This document shows positions 39,058-57,853 of a stretch of 62,682 nt of DNA, in pieces. Made by a program: the position numbers and the translations under genes. Under the pieces are notes generated by a model. The model saw nothing but the letters and a program-made list of their open reading frames with translations. It had not been told where the DNA came from and ran no database searches. Positions within the stretch are counted from its first letter, which is position 1, and each line of letters begins with the position of its first letter. The stretch lies in the NCBI GenBank assembly GCA_000934665.2, contig KZ538549.1, forward strand, positions 1 through 62,682, written 5' to 3'. The DNA comes from Catajapyx aquilonaris. Taxonomy: Eukaryota.

Positions 39058-42000
39058 TTATGCAAATCTGGTTCGCTTCTTCCTCAGGGCTACGAGAGTG
39101 GCGATTAGGAAGAAGGCAATCCATCCAAGAGACACAAGGAACCCTGGCCAAACTGACATGTGGTCAATACCCCATCCTCTCCCCATGATACTCCTCAAAG
39201 ACTCCGTGGCCAATGTGGACGGAAGCATGTAGCACCCTATTCTCAGAATGGGATGCACAGACTCCAGTGGCCAGAGGGTGCCGCTGAGCAAAAATGTTGG
39301 ATAGAAAATGACCACAGCCAGGTTAGTGACCATAGTCATATCCTGACACACGGCTGATATGAAGAATCCGCAGGCTACTCCGCAGGTCCCTTGAAGTATT
39401 GCCAGGACTATGACCCATGGGATGGAACCCACGATTGGTACACCGAAGATGAAGAGTTGTCCCAACACTCCGGCTATCTGGCTTATCATGAACACGTATT
39501 GTGTGGCCAGTTGGGCAGTCAGAAGCTCTCCAGCGCTCACACCTGCGATCCAGGCTCGTTCCAACATCCCTTCCATCCTTTCATGGACAAATATTCCAGC
39601 AGCCAGGGCCATGGAGAGGGCAAACACAATGCTAGAAACATAACGGGTTGAGTAAGTATTTATCAGTAAACAAATTTGCAATAAACTTACTTGATGAGAA
39701 TACCAGGTGCCACAAATTCCATAAAGAGAGGAGAATTAGATCCGAAGATGGGTTCTCCAAACTGTTGAAATAAAACATAGTTAAAAACAGGCTGCTTATA
39801 ATGTAACAACTTGAAGGGTCAGAAAAATACTGACCTCAACAGGGATGCTTCCAAGAGCTGGGTTCAAATCACATAGCTTCAGTAGGCCGTTGACAAACTC
39901 GCTGAACCGTAGCACAATCATTCGTTGAACCATGAACGCTATCTGCTGATCTGCGAGAGGAACACATGAATAATAAATAGCGTCAATAATAAAAAAATTC
40001 ATGCATGAAGGAATACCGCAAATTAAACTCACTTGACATGTCCATTCGTAACGTGGCGATGGATTTCACAACCGTTTCATTGTCCACGTTAACACCGTCC
40101 ATTATCCGATTGGCGAGAGAGTCTGAGTACTCCTCTGGGAAACTGAGGACTCCCCAAGCATCCCCGTTTTCGACTGCAGCAACGGCACTTGCTTCATCGG
40201 GATATGGCACCAAGTTGACCATTTCGTGATCTAGATGGGTCATGTATCGGCAGCTCAGGTTGAGGAACAGGCAGTCGTCAAATGGCTGGCAAATAGGCTC
40301 GTCCGCCCATTCGCCGTTCACAATGGCTATGTTCAAGTCCTTAGGGTCGCCTCCCACCACCATGCAGAAGAGTAACACCAGAAGCATCGGAAGCACGCAG
40401 AAGAAGATCACAACTCTGCGAAAACAGCAATCAGAATTGATATATTGCATGAATGCCATTGATGATTTACATATTTTTCTGAGGTTTCATAGGTCATGTG
40501 GAAATTTTTAGGCTGGAAAGTGACAGTAAAGTGTCATATTTCCAGTTTAGTCAACAATAATATATCAATGGACGATTTAACTTTTCTGTTATTTGTCCAG
40601 CACTTAACTGACCGCTGTGCAACCGGTCCTAAGTTGTTCCCTTCTGATGATATTATAGTAGACTAATACTAGTCAACAAAAAGTAACAATGCAAATCCAT
40701 CAAAAATCTGTGAAATAATCATCACCATCAAAATGACAATTCTGGCAGAAACTGGATTGCTTGACTGTAATGATCTGTTTGGATCTTCCTCCAACCTCAT
40801 AAGAATCAAACTGTACAGTACTTACGGTATGTTATGCCAAGCTCGGAGGAAGTTCTTTTTGAGCACTGCACTGATCCTATGCCACTGCATTGGCGAACTA
40901 CACATTGAACTCTCCTCCTTATTCTTCGGAGGAGCTTCCAGGGTGGTGGAGAAGGTGTCCACTGGCGGAGACGTGGTGTGTTCCGGAGATATCTTGTTGA
41001 ATCCGATCCCCACGATGCCGTTCTCGGCTTGAGCAAGACACAACCTATCCTCCTTCTTCCCTCCGTATCTAGACACCAGCTGGGTAGGAAGGATGTCCGC
41101 GCTACTCTCTGGAGGATTCCCGGCCTCGTCTCTGACGCAGAGGGAGAGGAAGACGTCCTCCAGGTTGTCCACTCCATGCTGCTCCAGAAGCACGTCCGGG
41201 CAATCCTGGGCCAGGAGGTGACCACTACGCATCATACCCACCATCTGTGCCTGGCGGGCCTCCTCGATGTAATGGGTGGTCAGCATCACAGTCTGTTTGC
41301 CCTTGCCAGTGATGTCGCGCAGGTGATTCCATATTCTGCCAAGGAAATGACGATGACAATGCCATTTTGGACCACCTTTTATTTTATTTTGCCCCATACT
41401 GTACTGAAGGAGTAGTGTGTACAGTACTGAATTTGCTATGGTAATTTATAATGTTAACCAGTCAATCATCTAATAGACAGATCACAGGATGAGATTAAAG
41501 AGTTCAATAGTTTTAAGTGAAGTCATTGCAATATTAGTCGTCTTCGTCTTTTCAGTTGTTTGTGGCTGCACTGTAACCTTATTATGTTAAGTTTGGATTG
41601 ACCTCACTTATGATATCACTGTAACGGTGACTTGCATATATACATGAGTGCAATGTTGAAGTCAGTCCAAACTGAAAATAATTCTCGTTGTGCACTCTAC
41701 AATGCCACAATGACGTCGGCATTTGTCAGTATGTATGACATTATCCTGACGGCGCCATTTCGTTTGAAGGATTTCTTAATTATTCTTCATTACAGACGTA
41801 CATGTTGTTATTGCTGCAAGTACTGTATATACAAACTAGCATATGGCAATGAATGGCTTATGGCACAAGGTCAACCACAAATCCCAAGACATTGGAGCTG
41901 GTTTTTCATAGTTAACCTTGGAAGCAGCAGGGCTGGGAATTCTTCTCATCACCTCTTGCACGTAAAGTTACTATAAAATAAACCAAAATTGCACTCACGT

Positions 42001-43048
42001 CTGACGCAGAAGAGGATCGACCCCTACTGTGGGCTCATCAAGGATGAGCAACTCGGGTTCATGAAGCAGAGCAACCGCAAACGAAACACGCCTCTGCTGC
42101 CCTCCACTGAAAAACAATACAAAATTATAATATGGGATAGTCACGAAATAATGCGACGCAGAATAATTGTAATACAAACCTGAGTGTGTTGATAATCCTC
42201 TTTTTGTGTGGAAGCTGCAGGAATTTGAGCAGAAAGGCCATCTGAGATTTGATTTTGTCGTCGCTCATTCCGTGTATGTGGCCAAAGTATACAAGCATTT
42301 CGTACACCGAGAATTCCGGGTACAAGCTCATGTCTTGTGGCATGTATCCTACTCTGGATCCTGGAACTCCAGCAGCATCTGTTCCAGGCGCGTGGCCAAA
42401 CACGCGAACGGCCCCTGAGTCCATCATGAATCGTCCAACCACGCATGACAAAAGGGTCGTCTTGCCACATCCGCTGGCACCAAGAAGTGCGTATCTGGAA
42501 ATTGGAGAAAAAAAAATTAAATATAAAATTGTAAATATTCCCATCCAGTATTATGCTTTAAAAAATTTCACCATGCTTTTTTATGATGCTAGGCAATTAA
42601 GAATTTTTTCTTCACACCTTACGTAAGGTATATTGAAGTTTTGCAGCGATTGAGTCATAATTGTCACAAAACATACTGGGAATGTCAAACCAGTATTCAA
42701 GGTTCCTTTATGTAAGAATTGCAAGGGAGATCACTAGACAATTAAGACTGCACACATACGGTAGCAGTTTCGCAATTATCACTAGGGCGCAAATTTATCA
42801 ACAACTTTAATTACGTAAGCGTTTACAACGTACTTGCGTAATAAAATCATAACTTTTGCAGTTTTGTTAGCAAAAAATATGATTTATATGGAAATAACTC
42901 ACATGGTGCCTTCCTTGACGGACATGTTCATGTTGTGCAGGACAGGGCAGGCCTTCTTGCCACTGCCGTAAGTCTTGAAGGCGCCTCGAACATAGACGGC
43001 ATCTTGGCGAGATCGAAATTCCTCCGGGACATAAAGTCCCGGATCCAT
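39058..43048 (-). CDS. ABC half transporter, ABCH / ABCG23-like (NBD then TMD), about 740 aa
   Basis: Exons 43048-42903, 42494-42180, 42106-41999, 41335-40826, 40415-40033, 39950-39835, 39761-39691, 39631-39058. Walker [10 protein letters not shown], signature LSGGQQRR, Walker [41 protein letters not shown]. Start uncertain: the frame is open up to an acceptor at 43127. Confidence 0.92.
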
Positions 43049-46000
43049 TTTCGCAACGCCGTTGGCACCGTTGGCAACTGGTGCTGGAAAAAGTAATGCT
43101 TTATCATCTTCATGCTCAAACAATACACTAAAAAAAACTGACAGGTTAGAATTGCGATGAACTCATTTTTGTACGGCTTCTGCTGGAGTTGCTGGAGTAA
43201 ACAACATGTAACTTACTCCCTACCCCCTTTTGAACTGGGATTGTGTACCACCGTGTACTACACGCACAAAAATGTAGCCTTTCAAAATGCCCTGGAGGTC
43301 AGCGTGAAAGTAGCTTCGAATACTACGCATCCAATAATTTCCTAAGATGCCGAGCACAAAATTATTGTGTGTCATGCATTGTAAAGATTCCATCACGTGC
43401 TTCGAAAAAGTGAAGCGCGTCCGTTGCATCAACACTGTAGCGCAAGCATCAAACGAATAAAGAAAATGACGGTGTTATTTCCTCGGCTTGGTTGCGCAAG
43501 CTGCCTATATGTTTTTGTGCTATTCAAAAGTGTATAAAAACAAGCAAATAATATTTTGCCACATATGCCTACCAAAAGGAAGGAAAATAAGCTGATTATT
43601 TATGCAGGAAGTTCTCACACACCCAGATTAAAAGTGACATTGTGACAATTGCGATAAAAACGAGCAGAAATTAAATGTCCAGGTTAGTCACAAAACGTCA
43701 TCGTCGAATGGATTCTAAAGCCAAAAAGTTGATATGTTTCGTGATTCCTCCCTGACAAAGTGTCCTCCAAGTGACGTGACCTTTTCCGCTTAAGTGGTCC
43801 CCAAATGACATTCCTGAATAAATTCTGCTAATGTATATCTTTTGCGTCAGATTTTTAAGCGGCTGACATCCAACTTGGCGCACATGTAGGGTTTTACCAC
43901 GACTCAGGTTATCCTTCAAGTCGTAAATGATGCTGCGAGATATTTTTCGGTTCATGGACGTTGCTAGGGGAGAACCCTTGCAGACCGGTTTACCTCGCCA
44001 GGATGGGGTCCTTACACCCCGTTTAATGATACATTTGGGGGTTTTCCCGTACGATTTTTTTAAAAAAAGTACGTAAAGGTTATATAGGTAAAGGTATTTC
44101 CAAACAATTGGTGGAGGGTAGTCAGTGGAACATTTTTAGAGCCAAAATTAATACGAAACATACATGGTCAAGAGTGCTGAAAGATATTTTCTATCCAACA
44201 TGTCCTTGTAATGTTAACACCATTCCAAGTGCAATTAGTAATAAAGCAATTTTATTAAAGCTAAGAGCGTTGGATCATAAAGATTTCCACTGAACAACTT
44301 TCGCCTTCAATTTTTGAGGAAAAAACCATTATGCTCATTAATTTTACCTAATGAAGCTCTGAAGGTTACAGCAGCATTCTTTTGTAGAAGGCATACTTGC
44401 TTGTCATGTACAGTATAGCATTGAAGAAGAACTTTTCGTATGTGATGCCACACAATTGTTCAAAAATAGAAGGGGGTCAGGCAAGAAAAAAATCTATACC
44501 CGAAATCAGCATAGGCTACCTACAATAATATGAGATTATCTTATCTTCATGTACGACGGTTTAACTGGTGATAATTTCCTTTATTCAAAGTACGGCTTTT
44601 TGGAGAAAAATGATTTTACTTTCCGCCTCTTCAATCGGGGACAGCCCCAGCCACAGCAGGCAAGTTAATGTGAAATACCAAAGTTTCTCAACATCGATGG
44701 CAACCATTGCTAGAGGCATCGTACAGCCCATGCCATGCCCAATATCCGCCCCCCAAATCTGATTATGTAATGTACCGTAACTGCACTAACTAGTAATAAT
44801 TGGGCCAACAAGCGCACTAAGAACTCTAATCATTCCACGCACGTGTACCAACATAATCTAATCAACACGTCTACATCATATCACCAAAGTACACAGATGA
44901 TATTCAGACAGCGAAAGAAACACCTACCTTCCATGTTGATATCCTGGCAAGTAAGATGTCCTGGACAGAAGAACCTGTGCAGTCCTTCTGCGTCTGGGGA
45001 GCTCACTCTTTCGCAAGAACTGAGCCAATCGCGTGCTTGCAGCAACGAGTTTTGGCCTTCTCTAGCTTTTTTTTTCGCGTTAATCACCAGCCTCCAGCAA
45101 GGTCTGCTTGACTCGTTTTTTTGCGGAAGGTGCGGAATACAACTTCAACTCACGTCAGGGGGACCCCCATCTTCCAAGCCCACATTCGCACTTTTTTGCA
45201 CAGTAATATTCATCCGTGAGAACTGTTGGCGTGCTTGCTTCTTTCAAAGGGTGTGCAATGCTCACTGTACGGTCCCCACTACGAATAATACCTGGTGGTC
45301 AGAAATCCGTAGTAAAAAATGGGTCTCCTCGTCCTTGAAGTCACTCTGGCGACAACTTTCGCCACCAGTGTAAGACATAACCCTGGTTATTCCCAGGCTT
45401 AAGCTGCTGTGGCTGGCTATTGCTGACCTGTTCTAAGTGGGATTGAACTGGTCTAGGATTGGCAAAGATACCGCCTCTCGGAATTCTAATCTGGATTGGC
45501 GTTTATTGGCGCGTCCATTGGGTGGTGATTCGGAGAAAAGGATAGCCTGGGATGTGGCGTAGAGTGGACAATGCAAATCAGGATTTACCCCTGACTGCTT
45601 TTTAGCAAATTCCCACATCGGACGTTTACGCACACAGATGTATGTAGAAATGCGTGCGTCACATTATCCGGCAGGGTGTAATGTTAGATGACTCATATAA
45701 GTGTGGTAGTGCCCGATGTAAATTAAAATAGTGATCCATGCAGATTTTCATATTTTGTTATTAGAGTAGCCTACAGGTTAGTACATTGCCCATACATACT
45801 AAATTCTCACCTTACTCTTTGAGTCTATATTGGGTACTGAACTACCCTGTATTTGAAGTCTGGTTCACCTTCGCAGTTTTCAGGATGCAATATAAATTAA
45901 CTTATTCACGTATTGTATCGGATAGCTTATACATGTATGTGAACCAGACCTCCAAAGGCCAATCTCCCCTGCTATGGTGGTACTTCTGTGGACGTGTGGA

Positions 46001-46708
46001 ATGACAGGTATACAAGGGAAAGTATCGAAATTTGAAAGCCTATACTGTATATTATGACCTCTAAACAGAAGCACCCTCTTCCCTACTTGGCTTTCATAAT
46101 CTACTACTGTATATGGGAAATACAACAAGGTATGGGAAAGAAAGCTAGGAAAGTACAAAAAACTTACCGACGCCTCGTTTTCAAAACTGACAAAATTGCA
46201 AACATTTTCAGAGACCGCTTAGTAAATCCGCAGAAATGTTTTGTTTCCACGGGACATCTGTGCTTTAAATTCCGTTTTATTCTCTGGACTTTGCAAAAAT
46301 TATGTGCACGATGACATTAAAATCACTAACTCCTGCAAAAAAAAAAATCAGATGACTTGCCTAAATCATGGCCGACCTCAGAGGTGGTTTTCATTGAATG
46401 TAAAGTTTCTGCAGAATTTCTGGCTGTATGCGATCTTTGTACTTCAAGACAATAGCAATGATTTGTTGCGACATCAAATATTGCGCGTCAGCTTTCACGT
46501 TTACTGTGTCCCTATTCGGAAATACGGTATTTAATAAATAAACAACAACAACCACTCAACTGCAAAGATAACTTACTTGCACATCCGACAAAAGTCAAAG
46601 ACGATTATTGATTTCAGAGAGCCTTGTCTAACAACATCAGCCATTCTGTGGGTTTTAAAAGAACAATACAATGCACAACTTTTGATTTCATCGAATTGAT
46701 TCACTCGA

Positions 46709-46977
46709 AATTAGAGTACTAACGGACAACTGTTAGGCTGATTTAATTATGAAATACACTAAAATATACGGAACAACAACCTTGAGAACCTTCGGAAAAC
46801 TCCAATTCAATTTAGGAGTTTTCCGACGTGTCAAATAGCCGCAAATAAGTATGAATGTATTTTTCGAAAGGTAGGCCTACGGCGATTTCAGCAAATTCGT
46901 CTGGCACGATTTTCAAGGTTGTTGTTTAGTATATTTTGGCTTATTTCATAATTAAACCAGCCTGTAGTACTCTAATT
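46709..46977. repeat. Inverted-repeat element (MITE-like)
   Basis: AATTAGAGTACTA...AGGCTGATTTAATTATGAAATA...AACAACAACCTTGA versus TCAAGGTTGTTGTT...TATTTCATAATTAAACCAGCCTGTAGTACTCTAATT; inner hairpin TCGGAAAACTCC / GGAGTTTTCCGA. Confidence 0.65.
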
Positions 46978-47931
46978 CAGAGTTTCTAAGGCAGTCTTGG
47001 AAATTAATTTGGGTAAAATTGTTCGCCATACATTCAGTGTTTTCATGAATGGGTAAATATATCTGTTATTATTTGTAAAATATCTGTATTTATCTTCAGA
47101 GTAGGCGTAAGCAGCAGCTAAAATCGAGGCGTTTTCGACATAGCTGGTATAGCGAAGGGGTTAATCTATAGTATTTTGCATAAAATTGCATTTCTTGTGC
47201 CCTACACAGATGCATTTCAGAGGTCTTCAAATATTTACTCGAGCTTGGACAAGCTGGAGGTCGTCAACACATCACGGTGTACCATGTTATACTGCGACGC
47301 ACAACTACTAATGAGCTGAATCTTCGATGGCACAATAGCAAATTATAGCAATTATTGCAAAGATCTATGTCTCGTGATGGCAGCAACCGCCCTTCATTTT
47401 ATCTTTCGTGTGGGTTATCACGCTATCAAATCGTGAGAGATCATTGCCTGTCCGGTACTAAAGCCAAGATACGGGGTGCACGTGTCTATCAAATTCAAAA
47501 GGACACCGTACTTCGGTGTCAGCAGGTATCATTCTATCCCTCAAAAACACACACAAAAAAAACATGGCCTACTATTTGCATCCTAGATGGTTACGTCAGA
47601 AGACCAGAGAGGCTCCTCAAAAAAGTAACCGTTTCCTAACACCGTTTTACAAATGCTTGCGATTTACTTCACGGCGACTTTGAGCGTCACTACCATTTGC
47701 CCGGAGGCCATTCTTCCACCTGCATGACGTCAGGAGGAAGATTCTGCACTTTTTTTTCTTTCTTTTTTCTTTGAGCTTGATTAGTATGTCGGTGCGTATA
47801 TAAGCTTCGAGTATGAAATAGCGATAACACTGCAGTGGAATGTGAATTCAGTAGCCTGAGTGAGTTAACGCCAAGTCCATTGTATTCCATTGTCCATCAT
47901 ATATTTTATTCATAAAAACTGCCACTTCAAA

Positions 47932-51099
<3,168 letters not shown>

Positions 51100-51944
51100 T
51101 TTTCTAACTGTCCCTCATCAGCCGTATACAACTTGGACGTACCTAAGTCAGGACGCCAAGATTAGGAACTGGGCCACTTCCTGCCTTATCTTCATCCGGT
51201 ACAGATTTGGTCACGTACACGACAACAAGTTAGTTTCCGACAGCTCCTTTTGCTTTAGGAGTGATATTCCGTGTCTTCTGGTGCCACGTACCAGGTACTT
51301 TTGGTCAATTTTTTGCTCCTGACAAGGCAAGGCCGAGAGAGGGTGAGTTATCAATGTTGCCAAATTTTTGACTGGGTCCGACTTTGTTCCTTCGGATGTG
51401 ACCGGATGGTGGATAATTGCGAGAGGAAAAGACATGAACCCTCCCTACTTACAACTCACCCATCATATATTCTCATCTCCACCGCACCCCTCCCGAGGGC
51501 TGGACAACAACAACAACTGGCAGAGGTTTTTGAACTTGGATAGGCCTACCAAACATGTGTCCTAAATATAGGTCGACGTGTAGAACGACGTATTTTGTAC
51601 GGCATATTCGTTGTATGTTTAGCAGGCGATGACTATTAGTTTCACTGATGTGCATATGGCGTGCAGTATTCTCATATACAACATAATTTTGGTCTTTGTC
51701 AGGATTTGTTACGTAATGTGTCGGGCTCGTAAATATACCGCTTACTGATCCAGTAATTTATATAACTACTTATTGTACTCACTGCACAGCCATATGGCGA
51801 ATAGAACTGGCTAAATGGAGTGCCGGTCATGAATATGGTGGTGTAAGTTGACCCCTCCAACGATGGCGGCTGTATAGCGAGTACCTATCACGTTTTACTT
51901 CGTTGCAAAGTGGGGTAAGATTAATAAGTATACACTGATTTTGT

Positions 51945-51946
<2 letters not shown>

Positions 51947-52030
<84 letters not shown>
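51947..52030. repeat. Microsatellite (AAT)28
   Basis: Read directly from the sequence. Confidence 0.97.
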
Positions 52031-52033
<3 letters not shown>

Positions 52034-54255
52034 GATGATGACAATGTACAGTTTAGCTCAATGTCATGTGCACTGGTAATCTGCACTGATTCTACTGTAT
52101 ACCGTCAGTACTTGCATGACTCTATAGGTACTCAATTTCATGGGTCGGTTAATATGACGCACGTGTACCGCGGAATTCGCGTAATCATATTATATCAGAG
52201 TATTTTTGCTGTTTAGCCAGTCAAGTAACCTCGGTGACACCACTTCACCTAAACATGACCTGTACGAATTAAACGATTTGACCCCAGTGCCCAAAAATAG
52301 CACAATGCGCAGCAAAACATGGAGGCGTGGACAGCACGTGTACACCATGGAGCACAGCGTGTGAATTCACGCTATCACGGGAAAACCAGCGCCTACTTCT
52401 TGCGCCCATACATTCTGGCAATTGGCTAACATCCATATCTCCATGCAGAATCCAAGTTCAACCCATCCCTGGCCTCCATCCCCATTCCAAGTCTCACTCA
52501 AATCAGGCGTTATCCGAATTCTAAATTACGACCTTCATAGCTCATTTGCTAATCCATACTGACTTGTAAATTGCATCCTTTCGTGGAAGGCAACTCTCAA
52601 TCTAATGGCCGCAAATTGATTTAGACAATGACATTAATTTTATGAGCCACTATATAATGGCTATTTTTGAACTCAACCCACAAGTCACAACTTATGTAAT
52701 ATGCACATTCAGCACAATGATGACCGTGAACTCTTACTATCGAAGCCATTAATAATGTGAGTACCGGCTCACATATGCGGTTACGTGGGGTTCTGTAATA
52801 TTGTTGATTCACCAAAGCAAGCGTAGTGCAGCATATAGTGTTATCATTTAGGTTTAGGTTATCATTTAGGCCCGGATGAATCAACTCAAACTATATATGA
52901 AAGTCCGGGTTTATCTCCTCGCTATTTGCATTTGACACCCATTGGTATATACTACTAGTCATCTGTGTATGTAATGATGATGCCGAGACTATCATATGAC
53001 AACTTATTGACCCTTCCTTGAGTCACTCCAGTGACCTGGGTACCATATGCTTGACTTGAGTCGGACAGTTCACATTTCTTTGTTTCAATATGCAACCACG
53101 TAATGTAAATTATGTTAAACTCTTGAGCGTCAATATGGTGTGCATAAAATGTATAATAAAATAAAGATGGGGTTTTTATGTAGCCTGTAGACCTACCCTT
53201 CAATCAAATGCCATGGTGTCTTTAAAAAGTAATAAACCTCTTGAGTGCACGACCGTGTCAGAAGGAAGTGCTTGAAAAGATATGCACACAGTGAGGAAAA
53301 TACCACTTTTAAAGAGAGCATTAACATACATGTTTACAGACCACACGATGGTGCAAATAACATTGAAAAAAAAATCCCACACATGCGACTCGTAGAATAA
53401 ATCTAAAAGTGGACGACCTATTGAAGGCAGACATATTGCAAAGTAGCTTACTACGCATTATACTACAGTAATAACCTGTCGAGGCACCTCGACAAGTGTC
53501 ACATCCATATGACACGTACCAGTAACTTTCATAATATGGGTTCCCAGAAAAATACTGGATTTCATAAGGGTTCGTTTGCCAATACAAAATTCTACCAATC
53601 GCACTGTCGATTGCTCTCATCGTACGCAACAGAATATATCACAATAGCATAACCAATCAACCGATATGCAATTTGTGGAAGTAACACTCACATTTATTCA
53701 TCAAATGATATCATGCTTTATTCGCAACAGCACAGCCAGGTCCGTTCATGTGTTACGAAAACAACTGCACCACTTCCGCAGCCTGGCGGATCCACCGACG
53801 AATGGTTTGCGACAATGCAACACAATATTGTAGTGTACACAGTCGGCTCCCCCTCTGCAGCAGGGATAAAGGGATTAGTTATCAGGACTTCCGTAGCTAG
53901 TTCATCTAGAAAGCATGCATAGTTTTTCGAGATTTGAGAGCAGCCCAAGGTCGTTGGCTGGTCACCACTGATTGGTGAAAGCACGTCTGGCTTGGGTTCT
54001 GGCGGAGTCCAGGCTGCTCTAGGGGGTGCGGGTGGATGACGAGGGGGGGGGGGGGGNNNNNNNNNNGGGGGGGGGGGGGAGACTGCCGGGGTTGGTTATA
54101 AGAGTCTGCCTTGTGTGTTTGTGCACATGTGTGAATAGCATCGGCTCCAGTGTCATACGCTAATGCATGCAGCGCTCTTGACAGGCTCTGTTGCAGTTGC
54201 CATTCTCATCTGAACGTCAACTAGCGTCGCCAGCACAAAGTCTGCGGTTATCATC

Positions 54256-57200
54256 ATGAAGTTTTTCTTCAATTTGGGGCCCAAGTTTGCCCAGGTAAGC
54301 TGATATTGTAATTATATATGAAGACTTGAAATGCCGAATGAGCCTAATCAAAGTGGAATTATTTTGTGGTACAAGAAAGATTTGAAGATTGAATTATTCC
54401 ATATTTATTTATTAACAAATTTTCTAATGGATTGTACGTTCTCTATAGTAGAAGAGTATGATTAAATGGGGCATATGGTAGCGATTCATTTCAGTCTTCA
54501 TAATATTATCTGTCTGTAATGGGTTTGTGCTGTAATATTTTCCGCGTAGAGCCGGCCTTAAACCAGTTAGTAGATAATGATATTCAATGTTGCTGCAAAA
54601 GTTTGCCCTACATTTTGGCAAGGGTGGTTTTGCCGTGGGGCGATAATAACTTTTACCGGAATGTACTGGTAAAAAATGTCGGAATTCAGACAGCCACAAA
54701 GACAATGAGAAATAAATCATGCCATATCATGTACATTGCCACTCCTATCGGAGAAAAACAAATTCCAGACAGTGCAATGGGCATATCATGGAAGACTTAA
54801 TACCCATTGTATGTACGTACGTAAGTCGCAGCCTGCTGTTAATATACGTACCCAAAGGATACCTACAAGTAAATTTCTGTTTCCTTGCGAGTGCAGATAT
54901 ATAATTAAACATGAAACAAGACAGCACATGCAAACGTTGCTGCAATTTACTTTCAGAGTCTATAGAGTCACGAAAATCATAGATTTGTGTGTAGTTCCAA
55001 GGACAGAATCTACTTCCTGGTTTAGAACTGTGGCATTGCAGTGGTAGAGTCATCTTCTTTTAGGCTCCCATAAGTTTTATTGGTATACTGTAGGTAATAT
55101 TACAGGTTATTGCGAATTGGGATCGCGCCATTAAGGGTGTGGCAGGTTTTATTTTTACATTATATAGCTGCTGTTTGCTAAAAATTTTCCTCTATGTAGA
55201 AGCTGGACGAAACTGGTTTTGCTCTTTAAAAGTTTTTTTTTGAAAGCAGTGTCAATCAGTCAGTGCTCGAAAAAATCTGCGAGCAAAATATTCTAAGTTA
55301 TCTTATTTGGCAAATGGTCAGGACTGCTCATTCATCAAAACATGCGTGATCAATATGGTGTGAACGAAGACCTTGCAAAATAAAATTTCAAAATAATTGT
55401 TGAATGAGATGAAAAATTGGCCATAACAAACTTAATGCGATACTGGCATGGCTCTCCTATTGCAGCATCCTAATATTATATCGTGACGTACAAAACTTTC
55501 AGATATTATACCTGCGCACATTGGTAACATATCCTGCGTTAGTACCGTACAAGTCAAACATTATTCCGTATCAGTAACCGGTTTCAATTTGTAATACCAT
55601 TGATTATGGTATCGTGCAGGAAATTGCATGAACCAAATAATTTCCGCATGCTTATGATAACTGTCGTAAATGCCTTTAAACACGAACAGGTCACATACCA
55701 AGTGAATTTCCCTTCAATCCATTGAAATTCTGTATTTCACAACATTAGCTATTAAGTCTAATTGAGTTATCGAAGCGAATGGCCTGCATAGCTGTAAATC
55801 AGCCATAGACATTTACGACAAAATTTATATTCACAATGGTGCATCACAGTCGTGTCATATTTACCACACACGGACTCTTAACACTAACAAATCTGAATAT
55901 GATCCACAGATAGCTACGGCTACAGCAGCATGTTTGGGCTGCCTAGTTTCCGGAACAGTTCTGGGCTACTCCTCGTCTGCTGTGCCATCACTACAAGAAA
56001 ACAGTACGATGAACGGAACTTTGACCATCAGCAAGAGCGAGGGCGCCTGGATTGGTGAGTACTTGCAGACAGAGACAATGACGAAAGAGGGCAGCGTATT
56101 TCTGGGCGTGAGGTCAAGTTCAACCAAATTCTTGGCGGACTTTGCTCTCGGCTGATGATATCAGGCCATGGTCTATACTTAGGTCGTGAAAAATCTATAC
56201 TTGGTGACGCTTATCGCATTCACTTCTAAGCAGCTTTCGTGCTTTCTCTGCCAAGTTCTAATCTTGGAAGCTGCAGTCAGGCACTTAAGCGGATATTGAC
56301 GCCTATCTTATATTGGAGTAATTGGACTTCCGAGAATATGGTGTAACCACGTCTACGTAATTTTTTGCTTACTCTGATGACATGATGACATTTTCATGAC
56401 TATTGCTTATATTGTTCAGAAAAAAAGAGGCAGACATGACTGATGACATGATGACCTCACATCCTTAATCGGTCACTGCTTGCTCGTGCTGTATGACCCG
56501 ACTGATTGTGGAATGGTGATTAATATGTTGCATATTTTCTTCATCATTAGGGAGCCTTCTTCCTCTGGGTGCCCTAGCAGGAAGCCTCCTTGGGGCCCCC
56601 TTGCTATCTATCGTGGGCCGACGACGGAGTATGCTATGGGTAGGAGCACCCTCATTTGCAGTCGGATATGTTCTAGTATCTGCGGCCGTCCATATAGCCA
56701 TGCTGTACGTGGGCCGCTTCATAGGTGGCTTCGGGGTTGGTCTGGCGATAACAGCAGCCCCCATTATGGTCGTAGAAACAGCCGAGGTTAACCTGAGGGG
56801 ATACCTGGGAGCACTGCCTCAAGTGATGACCACTCTGGGCATCCTTCTGAGCTACCTGCTGGGTGCAGCTCTGAACTGGTCTTGGTTGGGATGGGCCAGC
56901 CTGATAACTGTCATCCCTTACTTCATATGCCTGTTGCCCATACCTGAGTCTCCCATTTGGTTGCTGTCGCACCGTGGGCGCCAAGAAGCACTGGAGGCCC
57001 TGACGTGGCTTCGTGGTGGAGATGCTCAGATTGCTAACCAGGAGCTGACTGCCATCGAAGCCGATGCATCTGATGCCAAGTCTTCCTCAGACGGACATGC
57101 CATCAAGCTCCTGGCGCAGAAGCCTTACCTCAGAGCCTTCATGGTGGTCATTGGCCTCATGCTCTTCCAGCAGCTGTCGGGAGTCAACACCGTCATATTT

Positions 57201-57853
57201 TACACCGTGCAAATCTTCCAGGTTGGTTTCTTTCTCTGTGTCCTTTTAATTATGTGATCCGTGGTGCTAACTGGTACATTTACCTGCAGGCTACTGGAAG
57301 CAACCTGAATGCCCACGTTTCGACCATTTTGGTCGGGATCGTGCAGTTCCTGGCGACTGTAGCATCGGTGTCTCTGGTGGAACGTGCTGGACGGCGACCT
57401 CTTCTGACCGGGTCAGCCTTGTTTATGGCTTTGGCCATGGCTGCTTTGGGAACATTCTTCTACCTGCAAGAGAATGGTTCTGGTGCCCCAGGGTGGCTGC
57501 CGATTGCCAGCCTGGGAGTGTACATCATTGCCTTCTCCTTAGGATATGGACCTCTGACATGGCTCGTAGGAGCTGAACTCTTGCCATTCGAGATAATCAC
57601 TGCTGTCAACCCACTGGCTGTGGCGCTCAACTGGACCTGCGTTTTCCTAATCACCTTCACTTTTGACGCACTCACTAGTGTTATATATTCGTATGGGGCC
57701 TTCTGGCTCTACGGGTCTGTGGCGCTCCTGGCTGTGCCATTCAGTCTCATTTGCGTCCCAGAAACCAAGGGTCGCTCTGCTGAAGAGATCAAGCGCATAT
57801 TCCAGGGACAAGAAAATTATGGCTACAGTGGGGATGGGGAATCACCGTCATAG
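54256..57853 (+). CDS. MFS sugar porter, Tret1-like, copy 1, about 472 aa
   Basis: Exons 54256-54294, 55910-56054, 56551-57221, 57290-57853. Motifs GRRR, GRFIGG, PESPIWL, QQLSGVN, VERAGRRPLL, GYGPLTW, PETKG. Confidence 0.93.
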
